Assembly (NCBI GenBank): GCA_038851075.1
Contig: JAWCLG010000012.1
Location: forward strand, 1 to 28,748
Source: Candidatus Hadarchaeales archaeon
GTDB lineage: Archaea; Hadarchaeota; Hadarchaeia; Hadarchaeales; Hadarchaeaceae
DNA length: 28,748 bases
Direction of reading: 5' to 3'
Shown here: positions 9,448-17,192 of the stretch, in pieces
Position numbering within the stretch: position 1 is the first letter of the stretch
How the letters are laid out: every line of letters begins with the position of its first letter
Program-made: the position numbers and the translations under genes
The notes under the pieces: model-generated
What the model was told of the DNA's origin: nothing
What the model saw: only the letters and a program-made list of their open reading frames with translations
The model's database searches: none

Positions 9448-9624
9448 CAAATATTAAAACAGGTTTTTCGCGGGATCGGGCTGGATATGGCTATAAAAGG
9501 TACAGCAACTAGGAATGTGGGGAAACATGGGCGAAAGCGAGTTGATGCCATTCGGTCGCGCGGATAAAAAGACATGCGCATCATCTTCAAACAGGGGTAC
9601 TGTAAAAAAGGACGCCTGACAGCC

Positions 9625-10806
9625 ATGAAGCGGATTCTGCCGGCGTTTATCATCTCATTCCTCATTCTCGCGCTAGCGTCCGGGGCGGCCTTGGCCTCGG
9701 TAGAAAACGCGGGAGTGACCCCAGAGAACGGACCGTGGACTTATGAATTCACGTTCTACATGAGCTACAGGGGCGAGTCTGGAATCGATATTAAACCTGA
9801 ATATCCCCTGCTGTACCTTGATAGCGTCGGGATTCCGATGTCTGAAAACGATCCTTTTGATAATGACGCCTCCGATGGAAAAATCTATGTGCTCACATGG
9901 CGGCCGGGCGCTGAAAACGTCGGCCCGCATTCGTTCTATTTCGTGGCCGTTTTAGAAAACGATGATGTGATAAGATTTCCATCCGAGGGTGAGATCGAAG
10001 GACCGGACGTACTTAGAGTGAAGCCGCTGTTCATCTGTTCGGTTTCAAAAAGTGAGGCCATGCCCGGTGAGAAAGTGACGATCTCGGGAACTGTCGTGAC
10101 AGCTGATGAAAACCTGCCGATCAGCGGGTCCGATCTAGAGGTTTACCAGATGGTATATGAAAATGAGATTCTCGCCGGAAGCACCAGAACCGGGCCCGAC
10201 GGTGAATTCTCGATGGAGGTGCAACCTCAGGAACAGGGCATCTACTGCTACAGGGTCAGGATCACAGATAACCTGCACTACGAGGAACCTGTTTCTAAGA
10301 GGCTTTACGTGTCGACCATAGATAAAGTAACTTTGCTGCTCGGATATTCGGGAGCACTCGCCGTGATAGCCGTGATCCTGTGCGTCCTTATAACATCTGG
10401 CCTTGGAAGAAAGAACGCCATAGCAATCTCTGTGCTCGGAGCAATTATCGGATTTTTGCTGATGTACCTTGGTGCCGGAGAACTTGGAGTGCTCGCAGCC
10501 GGGGCAATATCCGGATACATATGGTCAAAAAACTCACGCGAGTGGAGCAAGCACGTGAGGATGGGAATCGCCACAGGGATCATAATCGTGTTTATAGTGG
10601 GTACGCTTCTCGCCTACCTGCTAACGCTTCCACCGGATTTAATCGGGTTCGTCTTTTCCGTCACGCAGGGAGAGATGACCTCATATCTGATCCAGTGGGC
10701 CATATCATCAATCTTCATGTTTCTTGCGCTCGCGGCACTGGGCGCGATAATCGGGGGGCTCATCCGCAAGCTCTTAAACCCTCAGGTGAAAGAGGTTCAG
10801 CGGTAG
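9625..10806 (+). CDS. Hypothetical membrane protein: signal peptide, Ig-like extracellular domains, C-terminal multi-TM region
   Basis: MKRILPAFIISFLILALASGAALA signal peptide from 9625; acidic beta-rich ectodomain (PGEKVTISG, TGPDGEF); about 5 Gly-rich TM helices. Confidence 0.75.
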   Translation: MKRILPAFIISFLILALASGAALASVENAGVTPENGPWTYEFTFYMSYRGESGIDIKPEYPLLYLDSVGIPMSENDPFDNDASDGKIYVLTWRPGAENVGPHSFYFVAVLENDDVIRFPSEGEIEGPDVLRVKPLFICSVSKSEAMPGEKVTISGTVVTADENLPISGSDLEVYQMVYENEILAGSTRTGPDGEFSMEVQPQEQGIYCYRVRITDNLHYEEPVSKRLYVSTIDKVTLLLGYSGALAVIAVILCVLITSGLGRKNAIAISVLGAIIGFLLMYLGAGELGVLAAGAISGYIWSKNSREWSKHVRMGIATGIIIVFIVGTLLAYLLTLPPDLIGFVFSVTQGEMTSYLIQWAISSIFMFLALAALGAIIGGLIRKLLNPQVKEVQR

Positions 10807-10828
10807 CGGGGAAGTCGCAGCGGGGTAG

Positions 10829-10858
10829 AGCGGGAAGCGCGCGCTTCTCTGCCCCTAA
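10829..10858 (+). other. tRNA-iMet intron 1 (position 10/11, 30 nt)
   Basis: Bulges AG|A and AA|G, central helix GGGT/CCCT with one mismatch, internal hairpin GAAGC-GCGC-GCTTC; a 9/10 register is possible but gives an A10:C25 mismatch. Confidence 0.75.
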
Positions 10859-10887
10859 GGCAGCATGGAGTGCCCGCCGGGCTCATA

Positions 10888-10921
10888 AGGCGTCGGATTT
10901 TGTGTCCGACACTCCTGCGAT
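10888..10921 (+). other. tRNA-iMet intron 2 (canonical 37/38, 34 nt)
   Basis: Bulges TA|A and AT|A, central helix CTCA/TGCG (U:C mismatch), hairpin GTCGGA...TCCGAC. Confidence 0.88.
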
Positions 10922-10929
10922 ACCCGGAG

Positions 10930-10959
10930 ACGCCTGTGTGTAAATCTCAGGCGCCGGAA
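10930..10959 (+). other. tRNA-iMet intron 3 (position 45/46, 30 nt)
   Basis: Bulges AG|A and AA|G, perfect central helix CCGG/CCGG, 6-bp inner helix CGCCTG/CAGGCG. Confidence 0.88.
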
Positions 10960-10973
10960 GTCGGTGGTTCAAG

Positions 10974-11001
10974 AGGGGACGGCAAAAACGTCCTCTGGGA
11001 T
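10974..11001 (+). other. tRNA-iMet intron 4 (position 59/60, 28 nt)
   Basis: Strict BHB: bulges AG|A and AT|T, central TTCA/TGGG, 7-bp inner helix GGGGACG/CGTCCTC, outer helix = T stem. Confidence 0.88.
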
Positions 11002-11049
11002 TCCACCCCCCGCTACCACAAAATGCGGCATGTCTGCATTCGATCAATA

Positions 11050-11673
11050 ATGGTGGGACTGATGCTGACAACCATACTGATAATGATACCGGCCATCTTC
11101 CTGCTCGGTCCAGGAGGAGGGGCGGTCATCGCGCTGAGCAAAGGTATACCCCCGGCCGAAACTATGTTGCTCGTGAGCGCAATACACGCCGGACTGGTTC
11201 CGGTGTGGTTTGGAATTTTCGAACTCATCCACTACACGCTAAGATACAACAAGAGAATAATCGACATGATCTCAAGACGCGTAAAAATCGGGAGGAAAAT
11301 CACGAAAAACGCAAACTCGAACATCCAGGAGTTCGAGAGGAGAGTGGGACAGTGGGGACTAGGGCTCGGCACGGTCGCGTTCACCTTCGTATTCGGCATC
11401 TCATGGGCAGCGCTCATCGCATACATGATGAACATCAAGGAGAGAACGATATTTCTGTCGGTTACTGCGGGGGCCATAGCCTCGGCGATATTCTGGACCG
11501 CTGTTTATTCAGGTCTCACCTGGCTCGTGCCCAACATATGGATGGTCTACGTTGCGGGCTTAATCATGGCCCTCGGAGTGATGACGTACAACAGCGGAAA
11601 GGAACGCAGAGTCGTTGAAGAAATGGCAAAATCTCTCGATAAAATAATAGGCCATGGGCGGAAATCTACCTGA
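11050..11673 (+). CDS. Membrane protein, COG2426/small multidrug export-like
   Basis: GAVIALSKGIPP...LVPVW and GISWAALIAYMM segments resemble COG2426; true start must lie after the tRNA (11023, 11050 or 11062), not 10870. Confidence 0.65.
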   Translation: MVGLMLTTILIMIPAIFLLGPGGGAVIALSKGIPPAETMLLVSAIHAGLVPVWFGIFELIHYTLRYNKRIIDMISRRVKIGRKITKNANSNIQEFERRVGQWGLGLGTVAFTFVFGISWAALIAYMMNIKERTIFLSVTAGAIASAIFWTAVYSGLTWLVPNIWMVYVAGLIMALGVMTYNSGKERRVVEEMAKSLDKIIGHGRKST

Positions 11674-12820
11674 GCATGTCTTTCCTGTAAAGATATTCGG
11701 CAGCGAGAACCGCTCCTCTAGCAGCTCCGAGCTCCGTGTTGTGCGATAGTACCGTGTACTGGAAGCCCCTCTCGAATGAATTTGCCTCCACACCTCCAAT
11801 GGCAACGACCATTCCTCCACCGATCATGCAGTCGAACCTTGGCTGCGGCCTGTCTCTTTCTTCCATGACCACTATTGGTCTCTCAGGAGCGTTTGGCAGC
11901 TTCAACCTCTGGGGCTCGCTCACATAATTCATCCATGCCTCTTTCAGGTCGGCCACATCGCACCTCTTGGAGGTCTGAATGAAAACAGACTCGGTGTGTC
12001 CGTGAAGCACCGGGACCCTGTTGCACTTGCAGGTTATCCTGAACCCGGCGGGCTCTATTCTGCCATTTTTCAGATTTCCAAGTATTCTAACGGTTTCCCT
12101 TTTCACCTTATCTTCCTCCTTCTCGATGTACGGTATCACGTTTCCCTCAAACGTACCCGGAACAAAGGAATCCTGCTCGAAAGGAAGACCGGGCCCCTGG
12201 GCCATTCTCTGCTCCTCCCACCTGGAAACGGCAGCGTAACCAGCTCCTGAAACCGCCTGCATTGATGCCATGATCACGCTTTCCAGCCCGAAGGCATCGT
12301 AAACCGGCTTGAGCGAAAGGGCTAGTCCTATGGTCGTGCAGTTAGGCTGCGGCACGACGAATCCCTTCCAGCCTCGGTTTTTCCTCTGGACCTCAATCAT
12401 GTCAAGGTGGGACTCGTTAACCCCGGGAAGATACGTGAAACTGTCATCGAAATAGCGAAACGCAGAGGCCGTGCTGACCACCGGTTTTTTCTTCGCCACC
12501 TCCCCCTCGACCTCCAGCGCAACTTCGGACGGTAGGGCTGAGAAGAACACATCCGCCTCATCCGCCTTAACTTCACCGACATTTCCGACTCTGATCTCAA
12601 GCACATTGCTCTCGGGTTTTGCATTCAGGAACCACCTTGAATTTTTTCCACCGTAATCAAGGGCTTCCGCGTATGACCTGCCCGCGGACCTGCCCGAGGC
12701 GTACAGCGCAACTATTTCGAACCATGGATGCCTCTGAAGATTGAACACGAACTTTTGCCCGACCTCTCCAGTTGCACCCAGAATTCCCGCTCTGAGCCTA
12801 TCCATTGACATCCGAATCAT
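11666..12820 (-). CDS. asd: Aspartate-semialdehyde dehydrogenase (archaeal/eukaryotic type)
   Basis: GATGEVGQ, HPWFE, FSALP, catalytic PNCTT, QAVSGAG, NVIPYI, RVPVLHGH, RPQPR, SHN..GAA. Confidence 0.95.
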   Translation of the reverse strand: MIRMSMDRLRAGILGATGEVGQKFVFNLQRHPWFEIVALYASGRSAGRSYAEALDYGGKNSRWFLNAKPESNVLEIRVGNVGEVKADEADVFFSALPSEVALEVEGEVAKKKPVVSTASAFRYFDDSFTYLPGVNESHLDMIEVQRKNRGWKGFVVPQPNCTTIGLALSLKPVYDAFGLESVIMASMQAVSGAGYAAVSRWEEQRMAQGPGLPFEQDSFVPGTFEGNVIPYIEKEEDKVKRETVRILGNLKNGRIEPAGFRITCKCNRVPVLHGHTESVFIQTSKRCDVADLKEAWMNYVSEPQRLKLPNAPERPIVVMEERDRPQPRFDCMIGGGMVVAIGGVEANSFERGFQYTVLSHNTELGAARGAVLAAEYLYRKDMLR

Positions 12821-12858
12821 TTACAACACCTCTGATAAAAAAGATACGGGGAAAAGAA

Positions 12859-12981
12859 ATGCCACGAAGGAAGTACGGACACATGGTTGGACCTCTGCCA
12901 ACACCGCCACCGCCTGAAAAGTGCAGGTTCTGCAGGCGCGGGATTCCATGTCCATACCACAAAAAAGCTGAAAAACGGTGA
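12859..12981 (+). CDS. Putative 40-aa basic zinc-finger microprotein (CxxC-x5-CxxH)
   Basis: Manual translation MPRRKYGHMVGPLPTPPPPEKCRFCRRGIPCPYHKKAEKR*; lies wholly in the dapB-asd gap; GATAAAA about 20 nt upstream. Confidence 0.55.
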   Translation: MPRRKYGHMVGPLPTPPPPEKCRFCRRGIPCPYHKKAEKR

Positions 12982-12998
12982 GCTGAAAGCCGTGCGTT

Positions 12999-13775
12999 TT
13001 ATTTGAGTCCAAGGACGTCCTGCATATCGTGTACTACTCCAGGCTTTCCGCTTTTCACCACGTAACGGATGGCCCTTATAACTCCTGCAGCGAACGCCTC
13101 CCTGCTGTGCGCCCTGTGAGTAACCTCTATTCGCTCCTCCGGCCTCGAGAATATCACAGTATGGTCCCCCACAATCTCTCCTTCTCTGATTGACCGAATC
13201 TTTATTTCTCCAGCGTCTTTTTTCAGCGCTCTCGCTATCATTTGCGCAGCTTTTTTTGCAGTGCCGCTCGGTGCATCCTTTTTGTGAATGTGGTGGACCT
13301 CAACAATCTCCACATCGTACTCGTCTCCAAGCATCCTGGCCGTGTTCTCCACGGACCTGAAGAAAACGTTTACGCCGACAGACATGTTTGGAGATATGAC
13401 TGCACGTATCCTTGACCTCCTGATGGCCCTGCTAATCGTTCTGAATTGATCCTTTGTGAATCCCGTGGTTCCAACCACCACGGAGACTCCTTCATCCGCA
13501 GCCGTTTTTATGTTCTCAACCGCGGCTGTGGCGTTGGTGAAATCAACCAGCACATCAGGCTTTGATTTTCTGATCACGGAAGCCAGATCATCAGCCCCAA
13601 CTATTTTGACACCAAGCCTCCCAGCTCCGGTCATCTCACCCGCGTCCTTTCCTATGTCCTGACATCCTGGGGCATCAACTGCGCCAACCAACTTCATATC
13701 CCTCTGCCTAGATATGCTCCGGATTATTAACTGTCCCATCCGCCCGCACGCGCCGCAGACAACTACTCCTATCAC
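12999..13775 (-). CDS. dapB: 4-hydroxy-tetrahydrodipicolinate reductase
   Basis: GACGRMG, VDFT, VGTTG, PNMSVG, EVHHIHKKDAPSGTA, GDH, HRAHSREAFAAG. Confidence 0.96.
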   Translation of the reverse strand: MIGVVVCGACGRMGQLIIRSISRQRDMKLVGAVDAPGCQDIGKDAGEMTGAGRLGVKIVGADDLASVIRKSKPDVLVDFTNATAAVENIKTAADEGVSVVVGTTGFTKDQFRTISRAIRRSRIRAVISPNMSVGVNVFFRSVENTARMLGDEYDVEIVEVHHIHKKDAPSGTAKKAAQMIARALKKDAGEIKIRSIREGEIVGDHTVIFSRPEERIEVTHRAHSREAFAAGVIRAIRYVVKSGKPGVVHDMQDVLGLK

Positions 13776-14656
13776 TTTCGCACCAGCTTCATCTCGACCA
13801 GCAGCTTGCGCAGCTTTTCTCTGTTTTCAGACTCCATCTCAACAAGGGGGAGCCTGAGACCCCCTGCCGGCATTCCCATCATGTTCATAGCAGTCTTGAT
13901 TGGGGCTGGATTCGTCTCTATGAAAAGCGCCTTGAAAAGCGGCGCCAGCTTTTTGTTTATCTCCTCAGCTTTTTTCACGTTTCCTGACCTGAACGAATCT
14001 ACAAGATTCACTATCTCGCCCGGCACTATGTTAGATGCAACAGAAACCACTCCCACTCCCCCAAGTTTCATTATCTCAAGGGTGTCAGAGTCGTTTCCTG
14101 ACGTGACGACAAAATCCTTCCCCCTGGTAATCTCGATTATCCTAGAAACCTGCTTCATGTCACCAGTGGCCTCCTTAACCCCGACGACGTTTTTAAGGTC
14201 TGCAAGCTTCGCCATTGTTTCAGGGAGCATGTTCACTCCTGTCCTTGACGGGATATTGTAGATTACCTGCGGGATGTCCACCTCCTCAGCGATTTTCTTG
14301 AAGTGCGCATACAAACCGGCCTGCGTCGGCCTGTTGTAGTAAGGCACAACGATCAGAGCACCATCTGCGCCGACCTCCTTCGCATGCCTTGTAAGCATGA
14401 TTGCCTCCCACGTGCTGTTGCTTCCTGTCCCCGCAAGCACAGGGACTCTGCCACTCGCAGCCTCAACAACCAGCTCAACAACACGATTGTGCTCCTCGTA
14501 CGATAGAGTTGAGCACTCCCCTGTGGTCCCAACCGGAACCAAGCCATGTATGCCGTTTTTTATCTGGAACTCCACGTTCTTTTTAAGCCCTTTTTCGTCT
14601 ACCTCTCCGTCCTGACCGAAGGGAGTAATCATCGCAGTATACGCTCCTTCAAACAC
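13772..14656 (-). CDS. dapA: 4-hydroxy-tetrahydrodipicolinate synthase
   Basis: GTTGE, PYYNRP, YNIPSRTG, catalytic VKEA, ETNPAPIK, LRLPL. Confidence 0.96.
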   Translation of the reverse strand: MFEGAYTAMITPFGQDGEVDEKGLKKNVEFQIKNGIHGLVPVGTTGECSTLSYEEHNRVVELVVEAASGRVPVLAGTGSNSTWEAIMLTRHAKEVGADGALIVVPYYNRPTQAGLYAHFKKIAEEVDIPQVIYNIPSRTGVNMLPETMAKLADLKNVVGVKEATGDMKQVSRIIEITRGKDFVVTSGNDSDTLEIMKLGGVGVVSVASNIVPGEIVNLVDSFRSGNVKKAEEINKKLAPLFKALFIETNPAPIKTAMNMMGMPAGGLRLPLVEMESENREKLRKLLVEMKLVRK

Positions 14657-14666
14657 CGGGCCTCAC

Positions 14667-15887
14667 CTAAACCTTCATCATGCCCTCTCTGAAAAGCTTG
14701 AGCGCTCTTTCTCTGTCCTCCCATTTGACAAAAAAGCTTATCGAAGCTCTGCTCGAGAGTATCTCGACTATGTTGATTCCGGCTCTCGCCACGGGCTCCG
14801 TGAGCTTTGCTATAACTCCAGGAGTGTAGATGAACTTCTCGCTCTGTGCAGTTATCATGGCAAGGCCGTCCTCACTTGTAACTGCCTTCATGTGCCTATC
14901 CCTTACCACAACCCCGTGAACAAGCTTCAATGCCCTTTCCGCGTCCTCGCCTGAAACGTAAACGGAAAACGACCTGGGACCTATGGAGACGCCAAATATA
15001 TTGACCCCGGCCCGGCTCAGCGGTGTGGCAACCTTGGTCAGAATGCCCGGAGTGCGCTGCATCTCCTCTCCGACAACAGTCAGCATTGAGAGCATTTTAC
15101 CGTAAAGCTCGACTCCCTCGGCCTCATTCTCCTTTGGTCCAACTATAACAGTCCCCTCCGCACTCAGATTTCCGTGCCTGAAGTGTATAACCTTTGCTTT
15201 TATCTTTGGATCTTTGTAGTTCATTGCCCTGGGGTGCATTACCTTGGCACCGAACCTCGCCAAATCCCTCAGCTCCTCCACTGTTATTTTAGGGAGGATC
15301 TTGGCCTCGCTTACGATATTCGGATCTGTGGTCATCACTCCATCAACATCCGAGACAATTATCGTCTCATCTGCGCCTATGCATTTTCCCACCACGAATC
15401 CGGTGATGTCACTTCCGCCTCTCCCTATCGTCGTTATGTCCCCGGATCTGGTGCGTCCTAGAAATCCGCATATGACCGGCACGATTCCTCTCCTGAGCAG
15501 GGGGACGATGTACTTCCTCGTCCTCCTGACCGTCTCCTCTATGTCGATATTGGCGCTGCCGAATCCGTCATCCGTGATCACCGGCCATCTTCCGTCCCTT
15601 GGGTCAATAAACTCTGACGGGACGCCTAACCTTTGTAATGCTGCTGAAAACACCCTGACGCTGGACCTTTCCCCGAGGGCCATTATGAAGTCCAAGTCTT
15701 TTCTATCCGCAACGCCGCACCTCTTCGCTGCTTCTATAAGGGCATCTGTCGTGTGGCCCATAGCAGAAACTACCACGGCGACCCTGTTTCCCCTCCTGTA
15801 TTCTCTCTCAACCGCCCTAGCGCAGAGAAGAACACGTTCAACATTTCCAACGCTCGTACCGCCGAACTTTACGGATATTGTCCTCAA
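14667..15887 (-). CDS. lysC: Aspartate kinase with two ACT domains
   Basis: KFGGTSV, VVSAMGHTTD, GRGGSD, DVDGV..DP, GAKVMHPRA; C-terminal ACT repeats. Confidence 0.95.
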   Translation of the reverse strand: MRTISVKFGGTSVGNVERVLLCARAVEREYRRGNRVAVVVSAMGHTTDALIEAAKRCGVADRKDLDFIMALGERSSVRVFSAALQRLGVPSEFIDPRDGRWPVITDDGFGSANIDIEETVRRTRKYIVPLLRRGIVPVICGFLGRTRSGDITTIGRGGSDITGFVVGKCIGADETIIVSDVDGVMTTDPNIVSEAKILPKITVEELRDLARFGAKVMHPRAMNYKDPKIKAKVIHFRHGNLSAEGTVIVGPKENEAEGVELYGKMLSMLTVVGEEMQRTPGILTKVATPLSRAGVNIFGVSIGPRSFSVYVSGEDAERALKLVHGVVVRDRHMKAVTSEDGLAMITAQSEKFIYTPGVIAKLTEPVARAGINIVEILSSRASISFFVKWEDRERALKLFREGMMKV

Positions 15888-17192
15888 CTACAACCACCGG
15901 GGTATCCTGTCAAGCTGCGTTATGTATTCAAACGTCTCTCTTTCACGTATCAACTCGGCCCTTCCACCTTTAACCATCACAGCTGCGGGGCGCGACTGGG
16001 CCGTGTGCTGGTTCGACATTGAAAGCCCGTATGCTCCCACATCGAATATTGCCGCAATGTCTCCTTGCTCAGGTCTCTGAAGCATTCTTTCCTTTCCCAA
16101 GAAATCGCCTGACTCGCACAGGGGCCCGGCAACGTTCGCCAGCACATCGTTTTTATCTGAAATCTTGTTTGCAAGTTCTATGTGGTGGTAGGCGCCGTAT
16201 AACGCCGGCCTGATCAGGGCGTTTATTCCTCCATCCACAGAAACCCACACCGGCATTCCCGGTCTTTCCTTCACATAACCCACTCTGGCAAGCAGCACCG
16301 TGGAGTCTCCGACAATGTATCTGCCCGGCTCAAAGCAGAGCGTGATGTCCCGGATGCCTTTTTCCTCGGCCACCCTTCTGACAACCTCGACCATCGCCTC
16401 TGCCACTTCACCGGGCTGCAGCTCCTTATCCTCGGGCCTGTACGGGATTCCTATTCCGCCTCCAAAGTCAACGTGAGAGAGATTTATTCCTGCTCTGTCC
16501 CTGATCTCAACCACCAGTGCCATCAGCTTCTCCGCCTCCTCCACAAACGGGGCCACATCCAGAAGCTGCGACCCTATGTGAGCATGAATCCCTACCACCT
16601 CGACCTCCTTCATTCTCGCGGCCGTTCTATACGCCTCCAAAGCCTGTCCGCTGGGAACATCAAAGCCGAACTTGCTCTCCCTGAGACCGGTCGCTATGTA
16701 TGGGTGCGTGGAGACCCTCACATCGGGGTTTACGCGAAAACTCACCCTGGCGCGCTTTCCGAGCTTGGTAGATATTTTGCCGACAAGAGAAAGCTCCTGA
16801 AAACTGTCAACATTTATAAGCACCCCGTTTGCTATCGCCATCTCAAGTTCTCTCTCCGTCTTATGGTTTCCGTTGAAAACCATTTTATCCGGATGAATTC
16901 CGGCCTTAAGCGCTATTCTGAGCTCGTTAATCGAGCTCACATCCGCTCCTGACCCCTCGCTCTGAAGCACCTTCACTATAGCGCTGTTGAAATTTGCCTT
17001 AAGCGCGTAGAAAACCGTCACTTTCGGCCATCTTTCAGAAAATGCCCTGTAAAATCTGCGGTACTTTTCCCTTATTCTGTCCTCGTCCGTGACGTAGAGC
17101 GGGGTCCCGTATCGCTCCGCAAGGTCAACGGCGTCCGCCCCGCCTATCACGAGGTGTCCGCTGGTGTTTACGCTGAAGTGTGATTTCAGCAT
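15888..17192 (-). CDS. lysA: Diaminopimelate decarboxylase
   Basis: YGTPLYV, PLP lysine YALKAN, SKFG, HIGSQ, GGG, EPGR, GPLCESGD, GAYG; ATG 17192 overlaps upstream stop (GTG 17198 possible). Confidence 0.96.
   Translation of the reverse strand: MLKSHFSVNTSGHLVIGGADAVDLAERYGTPLYVTDEDRIREKYRRFYRAFSERWPKVTVFYALKANFNSAIVKVLQSEGSGADVSSINELRIALKAGIHPDKMVFNGNHKTERELEMAIANGVLINVDSFQELSLVGKISTKLGKRARVSFRVNPDVRVSTHPYIATGLRESKFGFDVPSGQALEAYRTAARMKEVEVVGIHAHIGSQLLDVAPFVEEAEKLMALVVEIRDRAGINLSHVDFGGGIGIPYRPEDKELQPGEVAEAMVEVVRRVAEEKGIRDITLCFEPGRYIVGDSTVLLARVGYVKERPGMPVWVSVDGGINALIRPALYGAYHHIELANKISDKNDVLANVAGPLCESGDFLGKERMLQRPEQGDIAAIFDVGAYGLSMSNQHTAQSRPAAVMVKGGRAELIRERETFEYITQLDRIPRWL

Larger units (their letters stand above)
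10819..11018 (+). tRNA. Initiator tRNA-Met(CAU) with four introns; CCA encoded
   Basis: Removing 10829-10858, 10888-10921, 10930-10959 and 10974-11001 gives a 78-nt cloverleaf AGCGGGG TA GGGC AGCATGGAGT GCCC G CCGGG CTCATAA CCCGG AGGTC GGTGG TTCAAGT CCACC CCCCGCT ACCA, with A1:U72 and three G:C pairs at the anticodon stem end (initiator signatures). Confidence 0.93.

Noticed and set aside
9448-9624. Short ORFs (26 and 34 aa) or an sRNA after tRNA-Val
   Set aside because: No recognisable motif, poor box C match, no convincing structure
10805-10825. Possible fifth (14-nt) intron in the acceptor stem
   Set aside because: No register gives a 4-bp central helix with cuts that regenerate AGCGGGGTA
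10870-11022. N-terminal extension of the 267-aa ORF, and ORF 10883-11071
   Set aside because: Overlap the four-intron tRNA-iMet; not protein-like
12821-13012. 63-aa minus-strand ORF between dapB and asd (considered as eS17)
   Set aside because: No eS17 or other motif; the opposite-strand Zn-finger ORF explains the gap better, though this ORF's stop abutting asd means it is not fully excluded
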